Source of the DNA: Kofleriaceae bacterium
GTDB taxonomy: Bacteria; Myxococcota_A; Polyangia; Haliangiales; Haliangiaceae
Direction of reading: 5' to 3'
NCBI GenBank assembly: GCA_046597055.1
Contig: JBKJLC010000301.1
Coordinates: forward strand, 44,229-108,228
Length of the DNA: 64,000 bases
Shown here: positions 13,497-28,630 of the stretch, piece by piece
Layout: each line of letters opens with the position of its first letter
Position numbering within the stretch: the stretch's first letter is position 1
Notes under the pieces: generated by a model
Database searches by the model: none
Told to the model about the DNA's origin: nothing
Seen by the model: the letters and a program-made list of their open reading frames with translations, nothing else
Position numbers and translations under genes: made by a program

Positions 13497-13934
13497 TCAG
13501 TGCGCCCGCCCGAACAGCTCCACCGGCCGCAGCCGGGTCGACGCCGCGGCATGACAGCGGGCGCACACCGCCGCCCGGACCGCCGGCACCGCCACGTCGA
13601 CCAGCCCCAGCGCCCGCGCCAGCACCGGATCGCGCATCAGATCATCGGTCGCGTAGTGCCCACCCGCCCCGTGGCACGCCTCGCACCCGACCTCCGCGAA
13701 GTACGACTTCCCGGCCGGGGCGTCGCCGGTCCCGTGACAGCCAAGGCAGCGCGCCGTCCCCGCGGTTCGCCCCAGGCGGGTGACCGAACGCGCGTGTGCG
13801 GTCGCCTGCCAGGCCGCGAGCTGGCTCGGATGGCACGTCCCGCAGGTCGCGCTGCCGACCCAGTCGCGGCGCGCGCCGGTGAGCACGGCGAGGCTGGCGA
13901 GCGAGACGGCAAGCACGACGAGGAGGCGGCGCAT
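13497..13934 (-). CDS. Small periplasmic tetraheme c-type cytochrome
   Basis: Signal peptide and four CxxCH motifs (CGTCH, CLGCH, CEACH, CARCH); 'VGS..C..CH......W....H' c554-like start. Confidence 0.85.
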   Translation of the reverse strand: MRRLLVVLAVSLASLAVLTGARRDWVGSATCGTCHPSQLAAWQATAHARSVTRLGRTAGTARCLGCHGTGDAPAGKSYFAEVGCEACHGAGGHYATDDLMRDPVLARALGLVDVAVPAVRAAVCARCHAAASTRLRPVELFGRAH

Positions 13935-13963
13935 CGCGGGTCGCCCTATGGTACGTCTGGCAG

Positions 13964-15751
13964 GTGGCGAAGGTCATCGGGCTCACGGGGGGCATCGCCA
14001 GCGGCAAGAGCGCGGTCGCGGCCGAGCTGCGCGAACGCGGCGCGGCGGTGGTCGATGCCGATCAGATCGCGCGTCAGGTCGTCGAGCCGGGGCAGCCCGC
14101 GCTGGCCGAGCTGGTCGCCCGGTTCGGCTCCAGCATCGTCGCCACGGACGGGCGGCTCGACCGCAAGGCGCTGGCCGACAAGGTGTTCGCCGATCCGATC
14201 GCGCGCGCCGATCTCAACCGCATCACCCATCCGCGGATCGCCGCGGCCAGCCAGGCCGCGATCGCGACCCACGCCCAGACCGCGCCGGTGGTCTTCTACG
14301 AGGCCGCGCTGCTGGTCGAGAATCGCGCCCACGAGTGGCTCGATGGCGTGATCGTCGTGTCGGCGCCGGTCGACGTCCAGCAGGCACGGCTGATGGCGCG
14401 CGACCGGCTCGACGAGACCGCGGCGCGTGGACGGCTCGCGGCCCAGCTGCCGCTCGAGGACAAGCTCAAGGTCGCGACCTGGGTGATCGACAACCGCGGT
14501 GACCGCGCGGCGCTCACCGCGCAGGTCGACGCGCTGTGGCGCGAGCTCGAGGCGCGCTACGGCGCGGTCGTCCGCGCGCCGCACGTGTCGGGGGTGATGG
14601 CGATCGCCGAGGCCGATCCCGAGCCGCTGCCGCCGCGCGCGCCCGAGCACGTGCTGGTGTCGGGGTTCCCCGCGTTCACCGCCAAGCGGATGGCGCGCAC
14701 GACGCTGCGCCGCGATCCCGGGGCGACCGTCTATCTGCTGGTGCTGGCGCGCTACGCCGACGAGGCGGCCCGCTTCGTCGCCGAGCTGCCCGCGGCCGAC
14801 CAGCTCCGGGTCGAGCTGGTGACCGGCGACGTGTGCGGGATGGATCTCGGCCTGGCGACCGCCGAGTACCAGGCGCTGACCACGGCGGTCACGACGATCC
14901 ATCATCTGGCCGGCACCGCGTTCGGCGGCGTCGATGCCGACCTCGCCCGCCGGCTCAACGTCGGGGGCACCCGCGGCATCGTCGACTTCGCGGGCGAGTG
15001 CCGGCGGCTGCGCCGCCTGGTCCACTGGTCGACCGTGCAGGTGTCCGGCAAGCGGACCGGCGTCGTCCTCGAGGACGAGCTCGACGTCGGCCAGCGCTTC
15101 CACAACCACTACGAGTCGACCAAGCTCGCCGCCGAGACGATCGCGCGCGAGGCGATGCGCAAGCTGCCGGTCACGATCGTGCGGCCCGGCATCGTCGTCG
15201 GTGACAGCCAGACCGGCGAGATCGACAAGCTCGACGGGCCCTACACGCTGATCACGCTGTTCGCGACCAACGCCTGGCCGGTGCACCTGCCCCTGCCCGG
15301 CCGCGGCTCGGCCCCGCTCTACCTGACGCCGGTCGACTACGTGATCGAGGCTGGCTATCACCTCGGCAACGACGAGCGTGCCGCCGGTCGCACCATCCAC
15401 CTGGTCGATCCCAACCCGCTGCCGGCCCGGCGGGTCCTCGAGCTGGTCGCCGAGGCCGCCGACACGCCCGCGCCGCGCGGCTTCGTGCCGGCCGGGCTGG
15501 CCCGCGCGTTCATGCGCGCGCCCGGGCTGGCGCGGCTGACCCGAGCGCCGGCGGCGGTGCTCGATCTGTTGTCGACGCCGGTGCTCTACCACCAGAAGAA
15601 CGCGCTCGAGCTGCTCGGCGACGCCGGCATCACCTGCCCGTCATTCGAGAGCTACGTCGGCAATCTGGTGCGCTTCGTCCTCGAGGCCCACGCCCAGCGG
15701 CGCCGGCGCCCAGGCACGGTGGAAGAAGAGACCCACGACCCCCTGGCCTGA
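13964..15751 (+). CDS. coaE: Dephospho-CoA kinase fused to extended SDR/thioester-reductase-like domain
   Basis: N-terminal [29 protein letters not shown]; continuous frame into an SDR domain ([22 protein letters not shown]). Confidence 0.9.
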   Translation: MAKVIGLTGGIASGKSAVAAELRERGAAVVDADQIARQVVEPGQPALAELVARFGSSIVATDGRLDRKALADKVFADPIARADLNRITHPRIAAASQAAIATHAQTAPVVFYEAALLVENRAHEWLDGVIVVSAPVDVQQARLMARDRLDETAARGRLAAQLPLEDKLKVATWVIDNRGDRAALTAQVDALWRELEARYGAVVRAPHVSGVMAIAEADPEPLPPRAPEHVLVSGFPAFTAKRMARTTLRRDPGATVYLLVLARYADEAARFVAELPAADQLRVELVTGDVCGMDLGLATAEYQALTTAVTTIHHLAGTAFGGVDADLARRLNVGGTRGIVDFAGECRRLRRLVHWSTVQVSGKRTGVVLEDELDVGQRFHNHYESTKLAAETIAREAMRKLPVTIVRPGIVVGDSQTGEIDKLDGPYTLITLFATNAWPVHLPLPGRGSAPLYLTPVDYVIEAGYHLGNDERAAGRTIHLVDPNPLPARRVLELVAEAADTPAPRGFVPAGLARAFMRAPGLARLTRAPAAVLDLLSTPVLYHQKNALELLGDAGITCPSFESYVGNLVRFVLEAHAQRRRRPGTVEEETHDPLA

Positions 15752-15765
15752 CCCGCTTGCTCGGG

Positions 15766-16257
15766 CTGAGGGCGCCCTCAGGATCCCGCACATGTTTTTC
15801 CGGTGTCCCTGAGCGAAGGCTCGCGAAGCGAGCCGAAGTCGAAGGGCAGTCCTCAGGATCGATCACACGGCTTCATGTGATCGGAAGCGCTCACCCTTTC
15901 CCGGTGGCCCTGAGCCGGCGCCGCAGGCGCCGGGTCGAAGGGCAGAGCGCCAAGGTGCCGCACGTGATCGTCGACGGGCTGCCCTTCGACGGCGGGCTCG
16001 CTTGCGCTCGCCCTGGCTCAGGGACACCGGGAAGATGTGGGGATCCTGAGGGCAGTCCTCAGGATCGATCACAAGTCTTCATGTGATCGGAAGGGCTCAC
16101 CCTTTCCCGGTGGCCCTGAGCCGGCGCCGCAGGCGCCGTGTCGAAGGGCAGAGGGCAGAGGGCAGAGCGCCAAGGTGCCGCACATGATCGTCGACGGGCT
16201 GCCGGCTGCCCTTCGACACCGAATTCGCGTGTGCTAACTCGGGCTCAGGACGAACGG
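15766..16257. repeat. REP-like palindromic repeat cluster with about 206-bp tandem duplication
   Basis: Five CCTGAGC-(hairpin)-GTCGAAGGG units at 15807-15846, 15908-15942, 15982-16023 (inverted), 16114-16148 and 16209-16250 (inverted). GATCACA-N8-TGTGATC hairpins at 15861 and 16067. Lies between convergent genes. Confidence 0.9.
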
Positions 16258-16290
16258 TTCGTGCGAAGCCACGACGACTCGACGCGCAGT

Positions 16291-16956
16291 TCAGAACACG
16301 GTGTCGACGTCGAGCTGCACCGCGTCGCCGTCGGGCTCGCGGATCAGCACCGACTTGTAGCCGAGCGCGGCCGGCTCCTGGTCGAAGCGCACGCTGGTCG
16401 GCGTGATCACCTCGGGCCAGTTGCCCGGGCGGGGCGTGACCACCAGGTCGAGGAGGAGATCGGTCGGGTTGATGCCCTGGGGCGCCGCGGGCTCGAGCGT
16501 CGCGGTGTAGCCCGGCGACGGCAGGTGCACGGTGCCGGTGACGTGGAGTGAGCCGGGACCCGGCGGCATCTGGCTCATCCACGCGTTCCAGTCGGAGGTG
16601 TCGACGGCGATCGCCTGCGTGGGGCAGGTGTCGATGAGGTGGGTGATTGCGAGGCTGGCCGAGCCGACGATGTGGTCGCCGACCATCGCGAACGCGAGCA
16701 CCCGGGTCTTGCCGTCGATCGGCTGGTGGCGCAGCCGATGACGGACCGGGCGCAGCACCATCAGCGCCGGGCCTTTGCGCACCTTGAGCTGCAGCAGGAC
16801 GGTGAGCGTCTCGGGCGTGGTCCGCACCGAGGGCGGCACCTCGGCCCGCGCGCGACCGGCGCTGTAGGCGCTGGTTGGCGTGAACGTGACCGCGTCGATC
16901 GTGAGCTCGCCGTCGGGCTCGCGGCTGAGCCGCAGGTTCGGCTGAAACATCTCCAT
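16291..16956 (-). CDS. Hypothetical protein with two related halves
   Basis: GGAGG RBS; 'VTFTPTSAYSA...VLLQLKV' and 'VHLPSPGYTA...PQGINPTDLLLDLVV'. Confidence 0.75.
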   Translation of the reverse strand: MEMFQPNLRLSREPDGELTIDAVTFTPTSAYSAGRARAEVPPSVRTTPETLTVLLQLKVRKGPALMVLRPVRHRLRHQPIDGKTRVLAFAMVGDHIVGSASLAITHLIDTCPTQAIAVDTSDWNAWMSQMPPGPGSLHVTGTVHLPSPGYTATLEPAAPQGINPTDLLLDLVVTPRPGNWPEVITPTSVRFDQEPAALGYKSVLIREPDGDAVQLDVDTVF

Positions 16957-17001
16957 GCGATCGTGCCTCCCGGTAGCGGATGGGTCGCGGACCGTCGCCG
17001 C

Positions 17002-18336
<1,335 letters not shown>

Positions 18337-18484
18337 GCCGACCTGGTTGGTCACCCGGGTGACGCGCACGCAGCGCTCAGCGGGTGGGACTGCTTCCAAT
18401 CCCACCCGCCCTTTCGCACGGTGCGCCGCCGCCCGGAGGCCGCGCCCGATCTGTCCGGAGAAGGGCCATCTAGCTTCGCTCGGG

Positions 18485-19993
18485 TCAGGTCGCCCGGATG
18501 ATCCCGCGCCACAGCAGGTGGGCGAGGTGACGGCACGCTTCGAGCCGGCCCATGCCGGCGACGTCCAGGATGTCCTCGAACGAGATCGCGCCGTCGATCC
18601 GCGACAGCAGGAAGGCTGCGCGGGTGTCGAGCGCACGGCGGGTCAGTTCTTCGTAGGTCGCGACCACCACCGGGCGGCCGGCGAGGTCACCGAAGAAGCG
18701 GTAGTAACACTCGAGGATCGCCTCGCGGCTCTTGTGGACGAGCTTCTGCGCCGACGCGAGGTCGGGGGCCTCCGACAGCGCCAGGTCGATCGCGGCGATC
18801 GCGATCGGGTGCTCGCCGGCGCGCGACGCTTGCTGGGCCTTGTCGAGCAGCGCGGCGATGCGTCGGCGGGCGCGATCGTCGGGGGCCTCGCGCGGCGGCG
18901 CGCGGTCGTCGATCGAGGCAGACAGGCCCGCGGTCAGGGCGTCCTGGACCGGCAGCGGCCGCAGGCCCCCGCCGGTGTCGCCGTCGTCGTCGACCTGCGC
19001 GGTCGAGCTGCCCGGCGGCGGCAGCACCAGCTCCTCGATCTCGACCTTGCGGCGATCGTCCTCGCGCTGGAGCCGACCCTTGAGCTCGGCGGTGTTCTGC
19101 TCCTCCTGGCGCTCGAACCGCTCGTTCTTCGGCGGCGGCTCGAGCGGCTCGATCGCCAGCTCGCCGTCGCCGTCGGTCGAGGCCGGGCCGGCCGGATCGA
19201 GCCGGGTGGAGCGGGGCCAGTGCTGGCGGGTCTCCTCCTCGGAGGTGCCCGGGCGCTCGTGCGACGCGGCCGCGTTGAGCCCGCGCAGGATCTGGGGATC
19301 GAGGCGACTGGCCGCCGAGCGCTCGATGGTCCGCTCGCCGGTGAAGTCGCTGGCCGCGTAGTCGCTGCCGGTGCTCAGCTCGATGGTCGCCTCGCCCGAC
19401 TCTTCGGGCGACCGGTCGAAGCTCCCGCGGCGGCGCCGATTCGGCCCGGCCACCGTCGGTGGCTGGGCGTTGAACTCGAGGCGGGCGGGAATCCGGCCGT
19501 GCTGGAAATCGCGGGTCTCGTCGTCCTCGAACGGCGGCGACAGGGCCAGGTGATTGCGGTCGAGCGGCTCGAGGTCGAGCGGCCCGGGGACCAGCGCGGG
19601 CCGCCGCTCCGAGTACAGGGTCGGCTCGCCCTCGGCCTCGAGGCCCCAGCCGTCGTCGACGCCGACCAACAACGGTGCGGGCTCCGGCAGCGGATCGCCC
19701 TCCTGGCTGATCGAGATCTCGTACTCGGCGCCGTCGGCGAAGTCGTCATCGTCGCCGCGGCCCAGCCCGAACGGGATCAACATCTCGGACATCGGCGCCG
19801 GGCCGCGCCCGACCAGCTCGTCGTAGTTCTGGCGGACGTAGTCGACATAGCCGAGCGCGCGCGGCTCGGTCGGATCAACCGCCAGCGCGTGCTCCCACGC
19901 GGTCAGGGCGCCATCGATGTCGCCGGCGCGGTAGCGCAGGAGCCCACGCTCGACCAGCCCGTCGATGTCGAAGCCGAGATCGCGGTCGGTCAT
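18485..19993 (-). CDS. TPR-containing protein with disordered middle and C-terminal winged-helix-like domain
   Basis: N-terminal TPR (GL..Y.AGD..GA...WE.AL..DP); C-terminal 'LDTRAAFLLSRIDG..SFEDILDVAGM...EA...L..L...GII'. Confidence 0.75.
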   Translation of the reverse strand: MTDRDLGFDIDGLVERGLLRYRAGDIDGALTAWEHALAVDPTEPRALGYVDYVRQNYDELVGRGPAPMSEMLIPFGLGRGDDDDFADGAEYEISISQEGDPLPEPAPLLVGVDDGWGLEAEGEPTLYSERRPALVPGPLDLEPLDRNHLALSPPFEDDETRDFQHGRIPARLEFNAQPPTVAGPNRRRRGSFDRSPEESGEATIELSTGSDYAASDFTGERTIERSAASRLDPQILRGLNAAASHERPGTSEEETRQHWPRSTRLDPAGPASTDGDGELAIEPLEPPPKNERFERQEEQNTAELKGRLQREDDRRKVEIEELVLPPPGSSTAQVDDDGDTGGGLRPLPVQDALTAGLSASIDDRAPPREAPDDRARRRIAALLDKAQQASRAGEHPIAIAAIDLALSEAPDLASAQKLVHKSREAILECYYRFFGDLAGRPVVVATYEELTRRALDTRAAFLLSRIDGAISFEDILDVAGMGRLEACRHLAHLLWRGIIRAT

Positions 19994-20218
19994 CCTCGCG
20001 TCACCCTGGTCGTCGTCACGCTGGTGGTCACTTCACGGCTCGTGATCACCGCCGGCCTCAGGGTCCGCGAACGAATAACTCGCTCGCCCTCGCGGCCGAT
20101 CCATCCCGGCTGGCTTCGTTGCGCGTCGGTTACATGCGGAGCGTATGCGCCCTCCTCGCGCCTCGCCATCCGGGCGCCTCGGCCGCGATCATCGATCGAC
20201 TTATCCATTCGCGGGCCC

Positions 20219-22051
<1,833 letters not shown>

Positions 22052-22216
22052 GTCCACAGATTCTCGCCGGATCTCCAGCCCTTTGCCAGCGACCGGGGGC
22101 TGTGAACGCCCTGCCTACATCCCCCCTCGGGTAGCGCTCCCGTCTCACCAGCCGGTTTGATCGGAGGACCGCGGCGTGGAGACCGCGCCCGCTCGGAGCA
22201 GCGCCGGCCTGCCGCC

Positions 22217-23467
22217 TCAGCGCCGAAGCAGCTCGCGAACGACGCGGAGGTCGGCGACCAGCTCGCTGCCGAGCGTGTCGTTCTCGTTCTTCATGGCCAG
22301 CGCCATGATCAGGACCTCCTCGGCCTCGTCGAGCTTGCCGACCGCGCGCAGGACCCGGGCGAGGATCCGCGCCGTCGACGGGTCCGAGCCCTCGCGGGCC
22401 GCGGCCTTCTTGGCGTAGTCCTCGGCGACGCGCAGCTCGTTGGCGGCGAGCGCGCAGCTGGCGGCCCGGCGCAGGTAGCGGGCCTGGGCGTCGAGCTTGA
22501 CCGCGGCCGCGAACAGCTTGAGGGCCTGGGCGGGATCGCCCGAGACCTCGGCGACGCAGGCCCGATCGAACAGCTCGGCGGCGTACTCGGCCGGGGTCTG
22601 CGGCGCGGTCGCGGTCATGGGCTCGCGCCGGCGGCCGGCGTGGGCGCCGGTCAGCTCGTCGTGAGCATTCGTGATCGCCTCGAACACCTCGTGGAGGCGG
22701 CCGGCGAAGCTGCCGCTGCGCTTGCCGAAGTAGCGGTCGGGGTGGAACAGCTTCGAGCGCTCGAAGAAGGCGCGCTTGAGCGTGCGCTTGTCGGCGCCCT
22801 TGGCCACGCCGATGAGGGCCCACGGGTCGCGGTCGGCGACCAGCCGTTGACCGACCAGGATCCGGCGTCGGTCGACCTCGTGGAGGTCGACGTCCTCGGC
22901 CAGCGCGGCCGCTTCGTCGGTGGTGGGGTGGTCCAGCTCCGGCAGCGCATCAGCGACGCTGGTCGTGCCCGGCGGCGGCAACGTGCTGGCGCGCGGGCGC
23001 GGCCCGGCGCCCGCGTCGACCGCGGCCGCGACCCGGGCCCCGCTGCCGATCGGCGCGCGTGGCGGTACCGGGATCCCGGGGCCCACCCCTGATACGGTGC
23101 TCGCGGCAGCGATGACCGGGGGCGGGACCGCGCGCGGCGGTGGCAGCGGACCGGGGACCGGGGCGCGGGGGCCGATGGCGGTCAGGCCGCGGGTGGGCGC
23201 GGGCGCGGCCGGCGCGGCCGGGGCAGTTGTCTCACCGGGCAAGAGGATCGCGCCCACGGTCCGGAGCTGGCGCACGATCGCGATCGCGCGCTCGACCGGA
23301 AGGCCGGTCATCAAGACGAGATCGCGCACCGACGTCTGCCCGTCGAAGCGCGACCACACGAAGTACTCCTCGGTCCCGAAGCCCGCCTTCATGGGATCGA
23401 AGCGCGGGTTCTGCCGGAGACGTTGGCCGGTCGAGCCAATGCCTGGGATCTCGGCGGGGACGCTCAT
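22217..23467 (-). CDS. J-domain (HPD) and TPR co-chaperone-like protein
   Basis: N-terminal wHTH-like 'EEYFVWSRFDG..SV.DL...GL', J-domain FHPDRYF, C-terminal TPRs; directly upstream of dnaK. Confidence 0.85.
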   Translation of the reverse strand: MSVPAEIPGIGSTGQRLRQNPRFDPMKAGFGTEEYFVWSRFDGQTSVRDLVLMTGLPVERAIAIVRQLRTVGAILLPGETTAPAAPAAPAPTRGLTAIGPRAPVPGPLPPPRAVPPPVIAAASTVSGVGPGIPVPPRAPIGSGARVAAAVDAGAGPRPRASTLPPPGTTSVADALPELDHPTTDEAAALAEDVDLHEVDRRRILVGQRLVADRDPWALIGVAKGADKRTLKRAFFERSKLFHPDRYFGKRSGSFAGRLHEVFEAITNAHDELTGAHAGRRREPMTATAPQTPAEYAAELFDRACVAEVSGDPAQALKLFAAAVKLDAQARYLRRAASCALAANELRVAEDYAKKAAAREGSDPSTARILARVLRAVGKLDEAEEVLIMALAMKNENDTLGSELVADLRVVRELLRR

Positions 23468-23505
23468 CGCAAGCCAGCAACCCTACCATGCCCGGGGCGG
23501 CACGA

Positions 23506-24435
23506 TCATGCCGGCAGCGGGCCGACCGTGGCGTCGGTCATCGCGAGCTCGAGAATTGCCTTGTGGGTGTGCAGGCGGTTCTCGGCCTGATCCCAGATGG
23601 CGGCGCCGCGCGGGCCGTCCATGATGCTGGCCGCGATCTCCTCGCCCCGGTGCGCCGGCAGGCAGTGCAGCACGATCGCGCGGTCGGCGGCCTCGGCGAG
23701 CAGCGCGTCGTCGACCAGGTAGCCGGAAAAGGCGCGGGCCCGGGCCGCGGCCTCGGCCTCCTGCCCCATCGACGCCCAGACATCGGTCATCACGACGTCG
23801 GCGCCGCGCACGGCCGCGCGCGGATCGTCGACGACCTCGATGGTCGCGCCGGCCTTGCGAGCGCGGTCGATCACCGCCGGCTCAGGGCGGTAGCCGCTCG
23901 GGCAGGCCAGGGTCAGCGTCAGGCCAAAGGCGGCGGCCGCATGCAGCCAGCTGACCGCCATGTTGTTGCCGTCGCCGACCCACGCCAGCCGGACCGCGAC
24001 CGTGCCGAACCGCTCGCGCACGGTCATGAGGTCGGCGACGATCTGGCAGGGGTGCTCGCGATCGGTGAGCGCGTTGATCACCGGCACGCCGGCCGCGCCG
24101 GCCATCCGCTGCAGGCGATCGTCGCCGAAGGTGCGGAACACGATCGCGTGACAGTAGCGGCCGAGGACCCGGGCGGTGTCCTCGACCGGCTCGCCGCGCC
24201 CGAGCTGGCTGCCGTCGCTGGTCAGGACCGTGGCGTGGCCGCCGAGCTCGCGGACCGCGACCTCGAAGCTGACCCGGGTCCGGGTCGACGATTTTTCCAT
24301 CACCAGCGCGACGTGCTTGCCGGCGAGCCAGGTCGCGGGGCCGTGGGTGCGGGCCCGCTTGTAGGCTGCCGCCGCGTCGAGGAGCGCGGTGAGCGACAGG
24401 GCCGACAGACCGTCGAGGCTGAGGAAGTGCGGCAT
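23506..24435 (-). CDS. argF: Ornithine carbamoyltransferase
   Basis: SSTRTR.SF, HPCQ, GDGNN, TDVW.SMG, HCLP, AENR. Confidence 0.96.
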   Translation of the reverse strand: MPHFLSLDGLSALSLTALLDAAAAYKRARTHGPATWLAGKHVALVMEKSSTRTRVSFEVAVRELGGHATVLTSDGSQLGRGEPVEDTARVLGRYCHAIVFRTFGDDRLQRMAGAAGVPVINALTDREHPCQIVADLMTVRERFGTVAVRLAWVGDGNNMAVSWLHAAAAFGLTLTLACPSGYRPEPAVIDRARKAGATIEVVDDPRAAVRGADVVMTDVWASMGQEAEAAARARAFSGYLVDDALLAEAADRAIVLHCLPAHRGEEIAASIMDGPRGAAIWDQAENRLHTHKAILELAMTDATVGPLPA

Positions 24436-24556
24436 CGCACGCGAAGGTAGCAAACATCCGCCGGCCCGCGACGGCGAGCGCGAATCAGCGATCGGGTTCC
24501 CGCCGTGCGAGGTGCAGGCTGCGCGCGATCCGCACCGCGCGATGCGGTCGCGGCGA

Positions 24557-25794
<1,238 letters not shown>

Positions 25795-25798
<4 letters not shown>

Positions 25799-26667
25799 GG
25801 GGTCTCCAGAGGGGCGTCCTGGGTCGCGGTCGACACCACCTGGGTGCCGACGCCGTCACGCGTGAAGATCTCGAGGAGCAGCGCGTGCTCCAGGCGTCCG
25901 TCGACGATGTGGATCTTGTGGACCCCGGCGGCGAGCGCGGCCAGCGCGTTCTCGACCTTGGGGATCATGCCGCCGGTGATCACGCCGGCGGCGATCAGCG
26001 CGCGCGCCTCCGTGTCGGTCAGGCTCGGGATCAGGTTCCGATCGCGGTCGAGCACGCCGGCGGTGTCGGTCAGGAGCACCAGCTTCTCGGCGCCGAGGGC
26101 CTGGGCCAGCTTGGCGGCGAACACGTCGGCGTTGACGTTGAGCGCGGTGCCGTCGGGTCCGGTCGCCAGCGGCGCCACCACCGGGATGAACGCGGGCAGC
26201 AGCCGATCGATCACGGTGCGATCGACGCTGACCACCTCGCCGACCAGGCCCAGCTCCGGGCGGGTGATCCGCGCCCGGGCCAGGCCGCCGTCGCAGCCGG
26301 TGATGCCGACCGCGGCGCCGCCAAGGTGGTTGACCAGGCGGACCAGCTCCTGGTTGAGCGAGCCGCCAAGCACCATCTCGACCACCTCGAGGGTGGCGGC
26401 GTCGGTGACCCGCTGCCCATCGACGAACCGCGCGCTGTGGCCGACCCGGTCGAGCATCTGCGTGATCTGGCGGCCGCCGCCGTGGACGACGACCAGGTCG
26501 AGGCCGACCCAGTCGAGCAGGATCAGGTCCTCGGCGAACCGCCGGCGCAGCTCGGGGTCCTCGAGGGCCGCGCCGCCGATCTTGACGACGACGGTCTTGC
26601 CGCGGAAGGCCGAGATGTACGGGAGCGCCTCGACCAGGACGCGGGCCTTGGCGATCAGCGCTTCCAT
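25795..26667 (-). CDS. argB: Acetylglutamate kinase
   Basis: EALPYI..F.GK..V.K.GG, VHGGG, NVNAD, GGMIPK. Confidence 0.96.
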
Positions 26668-26680
26668 CGCCCCGTTCGTA

Positions 26681-28074
26681 TCACAGGACGTAGCGGGCGA
26701 GATCTTCGTCGGCCGCCACCGCCGCCAGCCGCTCCTGAACGTAGCTCCGCGTGATCGGGATGGTCTGGGTGCCGATGTCGGGCGCGTTGTAGAGCAGATC
26801 GTCGAGCAGGCGCTCGAGCACCGTGTGCAGGCGGCGGGCGCCGATGTTGACCGTGCGCGCGTTGACGTCGGCGGCGATCTTGGCGAGCTCGTCGACCGCC
26901 TCGGCGGTCCACTCGATCGTCACGCCCTCGGTCTCGAGCATCGCCGCGTACTGGCGGGTCAGCGCGTTCTTCGGCTCGGTGAGGATGCGGACGAAGTCCT
27001 CGGAGGTCAGCGGCTGCAGCTCGACCCGGATCGGGAACCGGCCCTGCAGCTCGGGGATGAGGTCCGACGGCTTGGCCATGTGGAAGGCGCCGGCCGCGAT
27101 GAACAGGACGTGGTCGGTGCGCACCGGCCCGTACTTGGTCGTCACCGTCGAGCCCTCGACGATCGGCAGCAGGTCGCGCTGGACGCCCTGGCGCGACACG
27201 TCGGCGCCGGCGCGCTCGTGCGACGACGCGATCTTGTCGATCTCGTCGAGGAAGACGATGCCGTGGTTCTCGGCGCGGGCGACCGCGTCGCGGGTGACCC
27301 GGTCGTGGTCGATCAGCTTGTCGACCTCCTCCTCGGTCAGCGCGTTCCACGCCTCGGGCACCCGCAGGCGCCGGCGCCGGGTCCGGCGGTTGAGCCCGCC
27401 CAGCATGTCCTTGAGGCCGCCCATCATGTCCTCGATGCCGGGCGCGCCGCCGGCGCCGCCCGACAGCATCTGCATGAACGGCGGCGACTCGTCGTGCAGC
27501 TCGACCTCGACCTCACGCTCGTCGAGCCGGCCGTCGCGCAGCATCGTGCGCAGCTTCTCGCGGGTCGCGCTGTCGCCGGCCAGCGCGGGCGGCTCGCCGG
27601 GGCGATCGCCGAATGGACGGCCCCCGCCGCTCGGGCGCGGCAGCAGCAGGTCGAGCACCCGCTCCTCGGCGGCGTCGCGGGCGCGGGTGCGGACCTTGAG
27701 CGCCTCCTCGTCGCGGACCAGCTTGACCGCGACCTCGGCCAGATCGCGCACGATCGAGTCGACGTCGCGGCCGACGTAGCCAACCTCGGTGAACTTTGAG
27801 GCCTCGACCTTGAGGAACGGCGCGCGGGCGAGCTTGGCCAGCCGGCGCGCGATCTCGGTCTTGCCGACGCCGGTCGGCCCGATGAGGATGATGTTCTTGG
27901 GGGCGATCTCGTCCTTGAGCTCGCCCTCGACCCGCTGCCGGCGCCACCGGTTGCGCAGCGCGACCGCGACCGCGCGCTTGGCTTCGCGCTGGCCGACGAT
28001 GTAGCGGTCGAGCTCGGTGACGATCTCGGCCGGGGTCAGCATGCCGCCGCCGGGACCGGTGAAGCCGGGCGCGG

Positions 28075-28078
<4 letters not shown>
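26681..28078 (-). CDS. hslU: ATP-dependent protease ATPase subunit HslU
   Basis: [51 protein letters not shown]. Confidence 0.98.
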
Positions 28079-28626
<548 letters not shown>

Positions 28627-28630
28627 GCGG

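Noticed and set aside
15766..16257. Possible CRISPR array, or small ORFs within the repeat cluster
   Set aside because: Units occur in both orientations, the intervening sequences are themselves repeated, spacing is irregular and there are no cas genes. The ORFs are translations of the repeats.
19990..20208. 72-aa ORF and short GTGAC repeats between dnaK and the TPR gene
   Set aside because: Atypical composition and irregular repeat spacing; cannot be distinguished from ordinary intergenic sequence.
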